Below, one piece after another: positions 46,721-57,500 of a stretch of 64,000 nt of DNA. The DNA lies in IMG/VR virus record IMGVR_UViG_3300043540_000321, positions 1 to 64,000 of that record; one strand, 5' to 3'. The notes beneath the pieces were generated by a model, which was not told where the DNA came from, did no database searches, and saw only the letters and a list, made by a program, of their open reading frames with translations. This DNA is from a virus. Both the position numbers and the translations under genes were made by a program. The stretch's first letter is position 1; every line of letters starts with the position of its first letter.

Positions 46721-47770
46721 GTGAAAACAAGCTTTAGCAAACTAGAGACTTACAGCAAATGCCCCAGGCTATTTGCTAATAAGCATATTCACAAATTGGA
46801 CGTAAAGATTCCTCAGGCGGTTCCTCTGTTAAAAGGTATCTACGTTCATGAAGTCTTAGCGGAAGTATTAAGTCCGACAACCGATAGTACCTGTCCTCAA
46901 ACTGTCTTTGCAACTCTTTTACCAGCGTGGCTGAATACTCAGCACTTAGAGCTAGAGGTAGAACAACTCCTCTTATTCGTGAGAAAGTTCGGAGACTTGA
47001 TTCACCGAACTTTACTTCTTTATAGAGGGCCAGACGCAATCCGCAATAAAGACGGCAGTCCTCCAGAGAAGTTGCAGGACTTTCCACCCGCTCAATGGAA
47101 GACGGCCTTTAAGGAAAGTGGGCTGGCTGAGTTCAAGTATCAACTTGACAGCCAGGCTGCGAGTCAAAACCCAGAATACATTCACATCTCTCTATCTTTC
47201 TTGTTAGGAGAGATCTGGGCGATGACGGCATACTATAGTAAGCCGAAATGGTTGAAAGAAGTCATCGGCGTAGAGATGCCTATCTCTACGGATGAGAGTA
47301 ACGAAGTCATCCTGATCGAGAATGGCGACGATGAAGACGTGATGCTAAGGGCATATATTGACCTGGTTGGCATTACGAAAGACGACCAGACGGTCATCCT
47401 CGACCACAAGACTTCTAAGAAAAAACCTCTTCCTGAAGAGGTTTTGTATCACCCACAGCTCAACTTGTACGCTTGGATTCGGCGGGAGTTGTATGGGAAG
47501 TGGGATGACCTGATTGGAATTTACCACGCCCTATCCGGTGAGTATGTCTTGGCTCAAGTTGACGAAGAAGTTGTGATGGAGAACCTTCATCACTTCAAAC
47601 AACTAGAGAAAATGGCTGAGCTAGGAGACTATCCCCGTAGGCATCCTCTAGAATTTGCCACGCCCTGTATGTACCGCGATTACAAGACTAGACGCATTAA
47701 ATCAACCTGTCCTTATCTCCATGTGTGCTGGCCTCTGTTCTACGAGAGTATCCAGTCTGAGATTCAATAA
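46721..47770 (+). CDS. PD-(D/E)XK (RecB/Cas4-like) exonuclease
   Basis: SFSKLETYSKCPR, RAYIDLV, ILDHKTS, QLNLYA, C-terminal C..CP..C. Confidence 0.88.
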   Translation: MKTSFSKLETYSKCPRLFANKHIHKLDVKIPQAVPLLKGIYVHEVLAEVLSPTTDSTCPQTVFATLLPAWLNTQHLELEVEQLLLFVRKFGDLIHRTLLLYRGPDAIRNKDGSPPEKLQDFPPAQWKTAFKESGLAEFKYQLDSQAASQNPEYIHISLSFLLGEIWAMTAYYSKPKWLKEVIGVEMPISTDESNEVILIENGDDEDVMLRAYIDLVGITKDDQTVILDHKTSKKKPLPEEVLYHPQLNLYAWIRRELYGKWDDLIGIYHALSGEYVLAQVDEEVVMENLHHFKQLEKMAELGDYPRRHPLEFATPCMYRDYKTRRIKSTCPYLHVCWPLFYESIQSEIQ

Positions 47771-47827
47771 GCGGTTTCGTATTGGTTTCGTTCCACCTTA
47801 TTTCAGTACCTTATTCCAGTAAAAGTC

Positions 47828-48613
47828 ATGGGTTCCAAAAAGATTCAGTTGATGAGCGCGAGCCAGGAGGATTTCATTTATGGGATAGTCCATCAGGAAG
47901 GACTTTCCGAGAGTCAAGCTCGGAAAGTTATCCAGCTCCTGATCTCGCAAATAGAACTGGCACTCTATGCGGGCGCAACTGTACAGCTCCCAAGGTTAGG
48001 TAAGTTGTACGTGCGGTACATCCCTGAGCGAAAAGGAATCCACCCCCGGTATCGAAACGACATCCTCATTAAGTCATCCCTGCGCGTATGTTTTGAACAG
48101 GCGCAATCTCTTAAGAGCGAGTTGGAGAAGAAGATCGAACTCTTCGAGGAGATCTTGGAGGAACCCGCTGGCGGAAAGGGTAAGGAGAAAAGTAAGAGAA
48201 AATTCCAGTCGCTATTTCAGGCCCAGTACGGTCAGCCCGTTACTAAGAATAAGGCGGATAGAGAGCGAGCTGAGAACGCCCCTAACATTGTTAGAAGCTC
48301 CTTCCTGCAGTACCTAAGGACTCACTTTGTTTATGGTCTGCCTTGGAAGCATCCAGTTACCGGCACGGAGTTTGACAAAGACCAGGTCGTTCAGAGGTTG
48401 AAAGAGTATTCATCTCTGGACCCTTCCGGATACAAAGTTTTGTGGTATATCTGGACGACTCAGAAGTCCCGAGTGTTTATCGCAGATGCTCTGTCCCTCA
48501 GCACATCTACGGTAAAGAGACGGCAGAACAAGGCCGCGGACACAGTTCTACTCATGCTCTTGCTGCCGGAGCTAAAGCCGGAAAACTTTGAACTGTTCAA
48601 ACAAAGTCTTTGA
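47828..48613 (+). CDS. HU/IHF-like DNA-binding domain fused to a C-terminal HTH domain
   Basis: LSESQARKVI..I..AL..G..VQLPRLGKL....RKGIHP; C-terminal IADALSLSTSTVKRR. Confidence 0.78.
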   Translation: MGSKKIQLMSASQEDFIYGIVHQEGLSESQARKVIQLLISQIELALYAGATVQLPRLGKLYVRYIPERKGIHPRYRNDILIKSSLRVCFEQAQSLKSELEKKIELFEEILEEPAGGKGKEKSKRKFQSLFQAQYGQPVTKNKADRERAENAPNIVRSSFLQYLRTHFVYGLPWKHPVTGTEFDKDQVVQRLKEYSSLDPSGYKVLWYIWTTQKSRVFIADALSLSTSTVKRRQNKAADTVLLMLLLPELKPENFELFKQSL

Positions 48614-48616
48614 CCT

Positions 48617-49348
48617 ATGGTTACTCCTATTGACCCGACCGAGGTATACGGAGCGCTCGCTCTGATCGAACAGTTTGAAGAGCTCCTCCGCAACCTCGAT
48701 GCCTTTGCAAAGAACCTCCCGCCTGATAAGGCGGAGGAGTTCAAAGTTCATCTGGAGCGGTTCAGGTCTCTGACCGCTCTCATGGATAGCGATGAGGGAG
48801 TTGTCTTCTATTCTGGTAAGCTGAGCGGCAACATGGGCTATCAGTCCACCGTAGAACGCCTCGGTATTGCCTCTGCCATGTTAAGAGAGCGGCAGGCTGG
48901 CAGGACTATTCAAGAGATTGCCAAGATGTTTGGCGTGAATAGAGACACCGCATCTCGATTCTTCAATCTCTACGACAAGGCCAAACCGAAGGAGAAGTTA
49001 CGGATGAACCGTACTTCTATATTCGACACAGCGGCACAGATGGAGGAATTAGCGGTCGCCATTCAGCGTAACATGTCCCGACTGGAGGGTATGAATGACG
49101 ACGTTAACGTGAAGTTCTATGCTGAGCAACGGCAGTTGATCGAGGCAGCCGCCAAGTTCGCCAAAGCGATGGCGGACTATCAGAAATACCAGGAGCTCAT
49201 TCAAGTGGTCAGAGACATTCTGATGGCTGAGATTCCAGAACGTCGAGTCCACATCCTGAAAGTATTCCAGGAGCATGGGTTTATGCCAGCCAGTGGAAGT
49301 AGTTATACCCCACCTAACCTTATAGAAGCGCAGGTTTCAGAATTATGA
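48617..49348 (+). CDS. HTH-containing protein (regulator or terminase small subunit-like)
   Basis: RQAGRTIQEIAKMFGVNRDTASRF followed by a helical region. Confidence 0.6.
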   Translation: MVTPIDPTEVYGALALIEQFEELLRNLDAFAKNLPPDKAEEFKVHLERFRSLTALMDSDEGVVFYSGKLSGNMGYQSTVERLGIASAMLRERQAGRTIQEIAKMFGVNRDTASRFFNLYDKAKPKEKLRMNRTSIFDTAAQMEELAVAIQRNMSRLEGMNDDVNVKFYAEQRQLIEAAAKFAKAMADYQKYQELIQVVRDILMAEIPERRVHILKVFQEHGFMPASGSSYTPPNLIEAQVSEL

Positions 49349-49656
49349 GTGTAGATAGATTTCTGTGCCTCCTGACCGCGTCTGAAAAGTTGGAGGCAGA
49401 CGAGTACGCTCGTCGTAGCTATGGTGATGACTGGTTTCACTCGCCCAACGTTGAGTGGGTGTTTGATTTCGGAGACTCCAGAGACAAAGTTACTTATGAA
49501 GAATTAGATAGACTAACCTCCTTAGACTTGGACGATGTCTTGCAAAGATTAATCTATCTGCTAGAGCTGAGCTCCGCCTTTTCTAAAGAGGAGACTGCTC
49601 AAAAGTTATTAAATTTGAGAGGAAAGGGCTATAAAGTCTTTTTCTATGCCATCTGA
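49345..49656 (+). CDS. Hypothetical protein
   Basis: Overlaps the upstream stop; 103 aa. Confidence 0.55.
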   Translation: MSVDRFLCLLTASEKLEADEYARRSYGDDWFHSPNVEWVFDFGDSRDKVTYEELDRLTSLDLDDVLQRLIYLLELSSAFSKEETAQKLLNLRGKGYKVFFYAI

Positions 49657-49658
49657 AC

Positions 49659-50063
49659 TCAAAGTTCAAACTGAGTCGGGTCTAGACCATGCTCCTGGAG
49701 GACAGTCTTGATCTGAGTGATGTCACTATCTGTAAACGTCACGTTATTTGCAGCCAGAGCGGTCTTAACCGTTGTCCAACCAAACTGAAGGGAGGCTGGG
49801 TTTTTGTCTGTAGTTAACGCCACAATGACCAGCAATAATCCCTTCAAAACATCAAGGCTAGTGCTGGCCCCAACCCAAATCTTCTTGAATGCAGACGTGC
49901 TAAAGAATTTATCCCAGGCCGGGGCGGGTTTAGGCGCTTCTTGTTGAACAAGAGAGTCGAACTCTTCGTTAGTTAGTTCGATCTCTGTGTATCCAGGAAG
50001 GTCTTGTTGAATATTAAAGACACCGTAGGACTGCCCGTCTGGAGTCAAGTACCGATAAGGCAT
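49659..50063 (-). CDS. Putative tail-fibre assembly/accessory protein
   Basis: Directly downstream of a tail-fibre-like gene; typical size. Confidence 0.5.
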   Translation of the reverse strand: MPYRYLTPDGQSYGVFNIQQDLPGYTEIELTNEEFDSLVQQEAPKPAPAWDKFFSTSAFKKIWVGASTSLDVLKGLLLVIVALTTDKNPASLQFGWTTVKTALAANNVTFTDSDITQIKTVLQEHGLDPTQFEL

Positions 50064-50065
50064 GA

Positions 50066-51058
50066 CTACACTCCGCTATATAAAAGAAAATCACGCCAGC
50101 CGATCGTTTGAAGAACGCTGTAACAAGACGAGCCAAAGTATCCGCCTGCTCGAATCATCCCAATCTGAGCGGAGCTGTTCGTCGCCAGAGTTACCGGAGA
50201 GATAGTTGAAAATCCCCAAGAACCTGGGTAGTAAGACCCAACTGTACCTCGGAAGTTACTGGCATAGGGTATTCCTCCGGGAGTGATTGGGCTGGTGCCG
50301 GGGGTATAAACCGTGATGGCTTGACCGGAACCGCCAGACACATCTAGACCCGGCTCGAAAATCCCTCTGTACTCAACGGTAATGCCCGAAGGAACGCTTA
50401 CAGTGTAAAGGGTCTGAGTCGTCGGAACAGCGACCCCAGCCATATCAACAATGTAAGTGTTGTATTGGAATACATCTCCAAACTGCTTAAAGGGAGTGAT
50501 CGACCCAGCCGCCCGAAGGAAAGAACCGATCCGACGGAAGCTCCAGCCAGTTGGTATATTCGCACCGATAGCAGAGCTATCGAACATCACGTCGACGACA
50601 CCCGTGGTGTCGTTTTGCACCAGAAAGGTGTGCCAGGTCCCGTTGCTAACCGTCCCGACGATGTTTCCTCCGTTTCCGGTTCCAGCAACCCACGCCTGGT
50701 CTAGCCGTTTTGTCATTACCGAGGAGAGGCGAGTCACCCGACGGTAGGTAGCAGTCTGGGTGAGTAGAGCGTAACCGGGCTGAATGTCGATCGCATACGT
50801 TGGGTTCGTCGCATTGTTTCCAAGGGTCAGCCCCTCAGGTAAAGTCGCCTGTAGGTTGTTGCCTAAATTATTCGCAAGTAGATTCCCTTGCAAGACCCAG
50901 GCAGTTCCATTCCAGATCTTTAGGTTAGCCGCCCCTGCCACAGAAGTATCGACCCAGATCAAATTGGGCACTGTGGGCGTGGGCGTCCAGGGGCCAATAA
51001 GTACCGTGGGCTGAAATGGAACGTAAGGGCCGACTGGTCCTGGAAATCTTCCACTCAT
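50066..51058 (-). CDS. Phage tail fibre/structural protein
   Basis: LIWVDTS..LKIWNGTAWV; G/T/S-rich beta region TKRLD..W.AGTGNGG..WH.F..D.MFD. Confidence 0.7.
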   Translation of the reverse strand: MSGRFPGPVGPYVPFQPTVLIGPWTPTPTVPNLIWVDTSVAGAANLKIWNGTAWVLQGNLLANNLGNNLQATLPEGLTLGNNATNPTYAIDIQPGYALLTQTATYRRVTRLSSVMTKRLDQAWVAGTGNGGNIVGTVSNGTWHTFLVQNDTTGVVDVMFDSSAIGANIPTGWSFRRIGSFLRAAGSITPFKQFGDVFQYNTYIVDMAGVAVPTTQTLYTVSVPSGITVEYRGIFEPGLDVSGGSGQAITVYTPGTSPITPGGIPYASNFRGTVGSYYPGSWGFSTISPVTLATNSSAQIGMIRAGGYFGSSCYSVLQTIGWRDFLLYSGV

Positions 51059-51079
51059 AAAACTAAAACAACAGCAGGG

Positions 51080-51448
51080 TCAAGATGAGGATCTCTGGTA
51101 GACGTAGCCTGAGACATACACGACGTTGGCGATAGATGCCATAACATGAAGCTCTCTCTGTCCGGTCATAAGAACACCGGGCTCAACGAGGATCTTGCCC
51201 TCATTTGGATGCAGCAATCTCATTGAGGATATGGGGGTCGAACTAGACGTAGCCGTGCCCGCCGGGGTGATGAAGGTTGTGATGAGGACATCCTGGTTTG
51301 TAGTATTGACGGCCCACAAAGTCACAAACTGCAGAAGAGAGGCAGAAGACTGGTGAAGCAACTGCGTTGGGTGTGCTGTGGATGTGACTAGAACAGGGTC
51401 TGCGTTTGGGGTCGTAGACCATGCCAAGGGCAAATGGATGACCGTCAT
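51080..51448 (-). CDS. Small virion-associated protein (putative)
   Basis: Beta-rich 122-aa ORF between the giant protein and the tail gene. Confidence 0.55.
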   Translation of the reverse strand: MTVIHLPLAWSTTPNADPVLVTSTAHPTQLLHQSSASLLQFVTLWAVNTTNQDVLITTFITPAGTATSSSTPISSMRLLHPNEGKILVEPGVLMTGQRELHVMASIANVVYVSGYVYQRSSS

Positions 51449-51511
51449 GGCGAGCCTTATTAAAAGTTCAACTAAAGTCTAACTACCCCTTCTGTCTCAA
51501 AAGTGATCGAC

Positions 51512-54500
51512 TCAACCTACAGCAGTGATATAGTCACTTTGTTTCGGGAGCCCAGTCGCCGACTCCCACGATTTCAAATACGAGGTTTCGGTAGCCACTC
51601 GAATGACTGTCTTGTTGTCTCGCTGTTCGACTGTGGCGCGGACCTTCGCCTCTTTAATAATTCCATCCTGGGTCTTGTATTGATACTGAGTGTTGGGTCG
51701 AATAGCCACCGCTTGCCGCTTTAACTCATTCAGCCGTTGCTGAGCCGCCTTCACTTTATCTCGAGTGAACTGGACCACTTTTGCGGCGGTTGCGACCGGC
51801 GGGACTGTTGGGTTGGCGGCCAGGGCCAGCAGATGTCGGTCTACTGTTTGTGCCGCTGCCTTAAGTCGAGTCGTCTTCTCCGGCCGCTTCGGTTGATTCT
51901 CATTCGCTTTCTGGGCCGCCTGCCCTAAAGAGGGCTGTGTCGGTTTAGCATAACGAGAGAAGGCTCTCCAGTAGTACTGCAGAAGTTCGGATGCCCGACG
52001 AGTCGGCTGCCCGTAAGGAGCGTCGGGGAAGCTCGCCCAGACCGAGCGAAGCTTTCTCATCGCCACATTAATACGCCCAGCGTCGATGTCCGCCAAAGCT
52101 CCTTGCTGTTGAATCAGCCAGAGCGCGGCCTTATCCTGGCTCGCTGGAGAGAAGTCTTTCAGCCCCAAAGCTTTACGAGCATCATCCCAGGTGAACGACA
52201 TGAACTGATATCGTCCGGCCGCATCTGACCGGATACCACCGCCGCTCATTACAGTACGGGGATGGTCGGCGAAGTTCGAGAACCGACGCCCCGTGAACAT
52301 CACGTTGTAGTCCGCGCCTTCCGAGTAGCCAATCATATCGAGGAAGGCCCGGCGAGCCGCGCTGATGTTTGTCGCTCCCACGTTCCCCTTTCGACTTCCG
52401 AAGTCTCCCGAGACGAGAGCCTTCATGTATCGTTGCAGCAACGCTTCTGAAGTCTCCAGGTGAACGTGGACAGCCGTAGAGGTCTCGCCCGTACTCCCTT
52501 GGATACCCAATCGTTGCCCAAACCTGACCGTCTGTCCGGCCTTCACTTCAATGGTTTTGTTGTGCAGAACTCGAGTGACCGCGCCGGAGGCATCCTGGAT
52601 TTTAATCATGCCGAGTTCCCCTACGAACCCAGCGAAAATGACCTTACCTTCTACCGGAGAGGGTACTGGGACGTTAGTGCTACTCCCCCTGTTCAATTGG
52701 ATGTCGACGACTCGCTGCCCGTTATCGAGATAAGATTTCAGCTTCCCGTGGTCCATCCGATAGCGGACGTATCCCCCCGTCCCCTCCCAGTGAGGACGTA
52801 ATTCTTCGGCACTGCGGGCGATACCTTCTCCATACCGGCGACCTCCGAGAGACCAAACGGTGTAAGGAGTCAAACGCCCCACTCCGTCGACCGAGTCGGT
52901 GAAGGCGGAAGACACTTGGTCTTTAAGGTCAACGAGAGCATTCGAGAGACCTTCTCTCACCTTCGCGGTTGTGTTCATCAATCCTTTCGCTACATTATTG
53001 AGCTTGGTGAGAGCGTCTCGGGCGAACTTCTCGGCGTTCCACCACAGGTTCTTAAACCCATCTCCGACCGATCGCAGCAGCCCCATCAATCCAGTGGATG
53101 CCGGAGGTTCTTTCTTCCGGATCCAGCTATCCCGAGAGGGTTGTGCCCGAATGATTTTCTGTATCTCAGGGTTGGTCAAACCCATGCTTGCCTCATGGAC
53201 GGGCATATAGGATAGACCCTCGCGCTTGGTGTGCCGGAGGTCTTTGGTTCCAAGGAAACTACTGAAGGAACCAGCCAGGCTACCAATTAATAAACCAGCA
53301 CCAATTCCAACGCCAGCCAGCAGCAGGATCGGAGCGGAGACAATACCGGCGGCAACCAACCCGGCAGCAGCAAGACCTCCCAGGACGGCACCTCCGATTC
53401 CACCTAATAGCTGGTTACGGACAACGGTTTTGGCCCCGACTCGGCGGGCGAACGCCTCTGAGCCGAGCTTTTCTCCTATCTTCGAGAAGGTGTAGTCACC
53501 GATGAGGCTACCAGCAATGGCTGCGATCGGACCCGCAAGAGAACCTCCGATGATGCCCCCTCCGAGTGACCCAATACCACCGGTGGTTCTTCGCAGAGCG
53601 ACCTTGTACTCAACCTCACTCCTCGCTGTCTGTGCTTTTTGAACCCCGCTACCAATCCGCCAGATATCGATGATCGGTCCGGCAAATCGCAGAACGTGTC
53701 CGGCCCCTCGAGCTAAAAACCCAGCCGGTTTGGCGAACTTCGCGGCGAGTTCTCCAACCTCAGGTGCAGACTTTCCAAAAACTCTCAGGAAGCGGGCTTG
53801 TGCGGCCTCGCTTGCTCTTGTCAAAGCTCCGGCGTACGTTCGAGAAGCAGAAGTCGCTATTCGGTCCATCAAGGAAGCTGAACCCGATAGCACTCGAACG
53901 TTTGCCGCCGCAAGGTAGCGCTCAGTCAAAGTAGAGACTCGAAATCCAATAGCCTGCCCAGCCTCCTTCGCCAGAGCCGCCTGCTTCAAACCCGGTTCGA
54001 GAATATCCTCAAGGATTGGAACAGCTCCGTAGTCCTTCGCCTCATATCTCATGCGGGCGACTCGTACGGCCTCTTCGGCTCCGCCGACCTGACCGAGGAT
54101 AGATCCGGAGATGTCCCCCAGAACGCCTCCAGAGAAGACCCCCAAAATAGACCCGACCAGGGAACCTTTAGCTCCACCCATCTGGGCGTACGCTTCTTCT
54201 ACATCTGTCAGACTCGAAGTTTTGTTCAGTCGAAGTGCTTTAAGAGCTCCTCCTCCTAAAGTAGTCAGGTCAACGACGGGGGCGATCGCACTGAGAATCC
54301 CCTCTCGGTAGCCGTGTGTCAGGACATACTCGGACATCTTCGGAGCCAGCCGACTCATACGGAGCACAACCTGATCAAGACCTTTCTCCACAGCCTGTCC
54401 AATGAAATGGTTCGCTCGGGTTAGAACTCGTTTCAGCCACCCGAATCCTTTTATTAAATGACTGGGTAGGAGACGAAACTTTTGAGCAATCCCTTCCATG

Positions 54501-57500
54501 TGGTCCAGCGCCCAAGTTGAGACTCGACCGGGGATTGTCTTTGCCGTCTCATAGGCTCCTCGGATCTGATCGAGTGCTTCCTGGCGAAACTTAATGTTCC
54601 AACTGAACCCTTCGAATAGACTTCGCCCAAAGTCCCGAGCCATGCTAAAAGTCTGCCGAATCTGGTCGATAGCCTCCTGTCTGAACTTAATGTTCCAACT
54701 AAATCCATCAAAGAGCCGTCGAGTTAATCCAAGTAGGCCTGTTGGACGGTTCAAAAATTGGAAGGCGCGACGAATCTGGTCGACGGCTTCCGACCGGAAC
54801 TTAATGTTCCAGCTAAACCCGTCAAATAGATGGCGACTTACGTTGAGCATACTTCCAGCCCAATCGCTCGCCCCACTCAACAGCCCTCCTATGAATCGCT
54901 GCGACACGTTAAAAGCTCTTCGGATCTGACTAACAGCTCCTGAGCGAAACTTGATAGACCAGTCCCACCCTTCAAATAAACCTTTGACAAATTGACCCGA
55001 TGCTCGGAAACCTCGACCAATCTGGTCAATCGCATCCTGTCGGAAACGGACTTTCCAGTCCCATCCCTCGAACAGACTGCCCACAAAACTTCGAGAGGTC
55101 TGGAAGGCTCGCCCAATCTGGTTCAGCGCCTCCTGACGAAACTGAACGTTCCAACTGAACCCTTCAAATAATTTTTTAATAAAACCAGTCCCGCCCTGAA
55201 ACAGGTGGAGGTTACTGACCCAACTCCAACTCTCGCTGAGGTACTGAGCCCCTCTCTGCAACATCAACCTAGATGTCTGATACGCCTGTCTCATCTGACG
55301 TATCGCCTCAGGTCGAAGACGAATGTTCCAGTCCCATCCCTGAAATAGACCATGCGCGAAGCGACGAGTCGCATCAAAGGCCCGATGAACTTGTGCAACA
55401 GCATCCGGTCGAAGGCGGATGTTCCAGTCCCATCCTTTTAATAAAAATTGAGTCCCTGAAGCAATAGCCGAGAGTCCAGAGGAGATAACACCCGTCAGGA
55501 CTGGAAGGGCAGAGGCTGCGATCGCCGTCAGTTGACTAACCACTCGTGTTATCTTCGGGCCCGCCTCTGCCAGGTAGCGGAGGGTCTTACTGACTAATGG
55601 GCGGAGAGCCTGCCTAACCCTCCCTGTCAGGAATTGACCGACTGTAGCCTCCTTCTCAAACGATCGGTTCAAGCGAATGTACACAGAGGAAGACTGCATC
55701 GGGTTGTAGACATAATTTCCGTTGTCCAGATCTTTCAGGTCTTGCGCGGAGATCCAGGAGCTCAACCCAAAGAACCCAAACCTCGAGAGTACGCCGACAG
55801 TCAGCCCCGCTGCTAGTCCAGTCCACCAGCGCCCAGAGAAGAACGCGGCAAAATTACCTGCGATCGAGCCAAACATTACACCCATCTGCTCGTCTCTTGC
55901 TTCAGCTAACTCCCGCTGAGCTTGCAGCCGGTTAAACGATCCTCGAATTTTGGCCTGCTGGATAGTCTGAACAGTAGTCTCGAATTTATGAACCGAGTGG
56001 ATGCCCAGCATGAAGTCCAGAGCGACGAAAGCATTCTCTGCGATCGAACCCAGTGACCGGAATCTCTGCTGTTCAGTCAGCAGTCCTCTAAGAGTCTCAC
56101 CCGACCGAGTTTGGATGTCTTCTATCATTCCTCCAATCAGAGGGCGTCCTCTATATCGAACAGGCGGACGAAGACCCTCTTGTGGAGGAAGTGTCTCCAT
56201 CAAAATGCTGTACCGATGAGCAATATCATCTATCCTCGTCTCTCTATCCAACGTGTTGGTCAGACCTTCAAACTGGTCTCGATGAGTCGCTGAGAATGCG
56301 CCCAGAGCGCGGACGTTAGCCGAGATCTCATCCCTCAGCATCTCCTGAAGAATGTCCTGCCCAAACTTAAATTCGTCGAGCGTTCGCATCGCCGAGGACT
56401 TACTGACTCGTTCAACGATGTCCTGCAGCCGGTTGGTCTCAGTTCCCGTTTCATAAGCGATGACCTGCAAGTCATCAATGTTCAGTTTAGGTAGCGTCCT
56501 TTGAAACTCGATCGCGTGGGACATCTCATGGAACGCATCGAAGATAGCTCGGGTCACAGCACTGGGGCGAACGAACTTACCCGCTCTCATCCGACCCAGA
56601 ACACTCTCGGATGCCTTAGACAGGGTTACTGAACCTTCCTGCAGGTTGTACATACCTTCTATCTGGAACGGAGACCCGTCAAAAGATACGGGCGTGCCCG
56701 ACAATGCCGTTCGATTCAATCCCAGGCCCGTTTGAAACTCTTCTTTCAGAGAGACAACGGACTCACGAGCGGCCTGCGATATCGTTGAGCTGACTCGTCC
56801 CCTAAATAGAAGGGAGAAGAGGTCAGGTAACGCTTGGAAGAAACTGAGAGTCTTTTTAACTGAGCTACGGATCATCCGCTGGTTCCGTTGCACCCAATCA
56901 TAAGAGTCCATTGTCATGCCGGTCAGAGAGAGCTGCGTCGTTGGACCGGTGAACAACCCAAATGCCGAACTCAACGCAAAGTTAGCGGCTCCACGCATAG
57001 CTGCGGCGCGAAGACCCTGAGCCCGAGCGATAGATAGTAATTTTGGGAGTTGGGTCAGCGTAGAAAGACTACCGACCAGAGCGGACTGCTTCAGATAGTT
57101 CAGGACTGGGTTCTTGTCTTTACGGCGGTAGTCTCCGAGGGCTAAGTTCTCACCCGCCCAGCCTCCTACAAAACTCCCCAAAGCAGAAGCAATTAAAGCA
57201 GGAAGTGGGCGTTCGACCAAAGACAGAGCAGCAGCTCCGGCGGTGTATCCACCCAACGACATGCCCACCTCCCGGTAGGTCTCTCGATACTCTTTGTAAC
57301 TGCTTCCTCGTCCGAGAGAAGAAAGTCGATAGTCCGTCTGTTGAGCTATCAAGAGCTCCAGACGACTTAAGAGGATCGGCCCGATCGGAACTTTGGGAAG
57401 TGAGGTCATTAGAGTCCCTATGCCTCGGTCTAACCCTCGCCGCATTCCAAATGAGAGAACCTTTTTCAGAGGTTCCATCATCTCTTGGGAAAGACCTATT

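Noticed and set aside
46721-47770. Cas4 as evidence of a CRISPR-Cas locus
   Set aside because: A stand-alone PD-(D/E)XK nuclease in a phage replication block, with no cas1/cas2 or array
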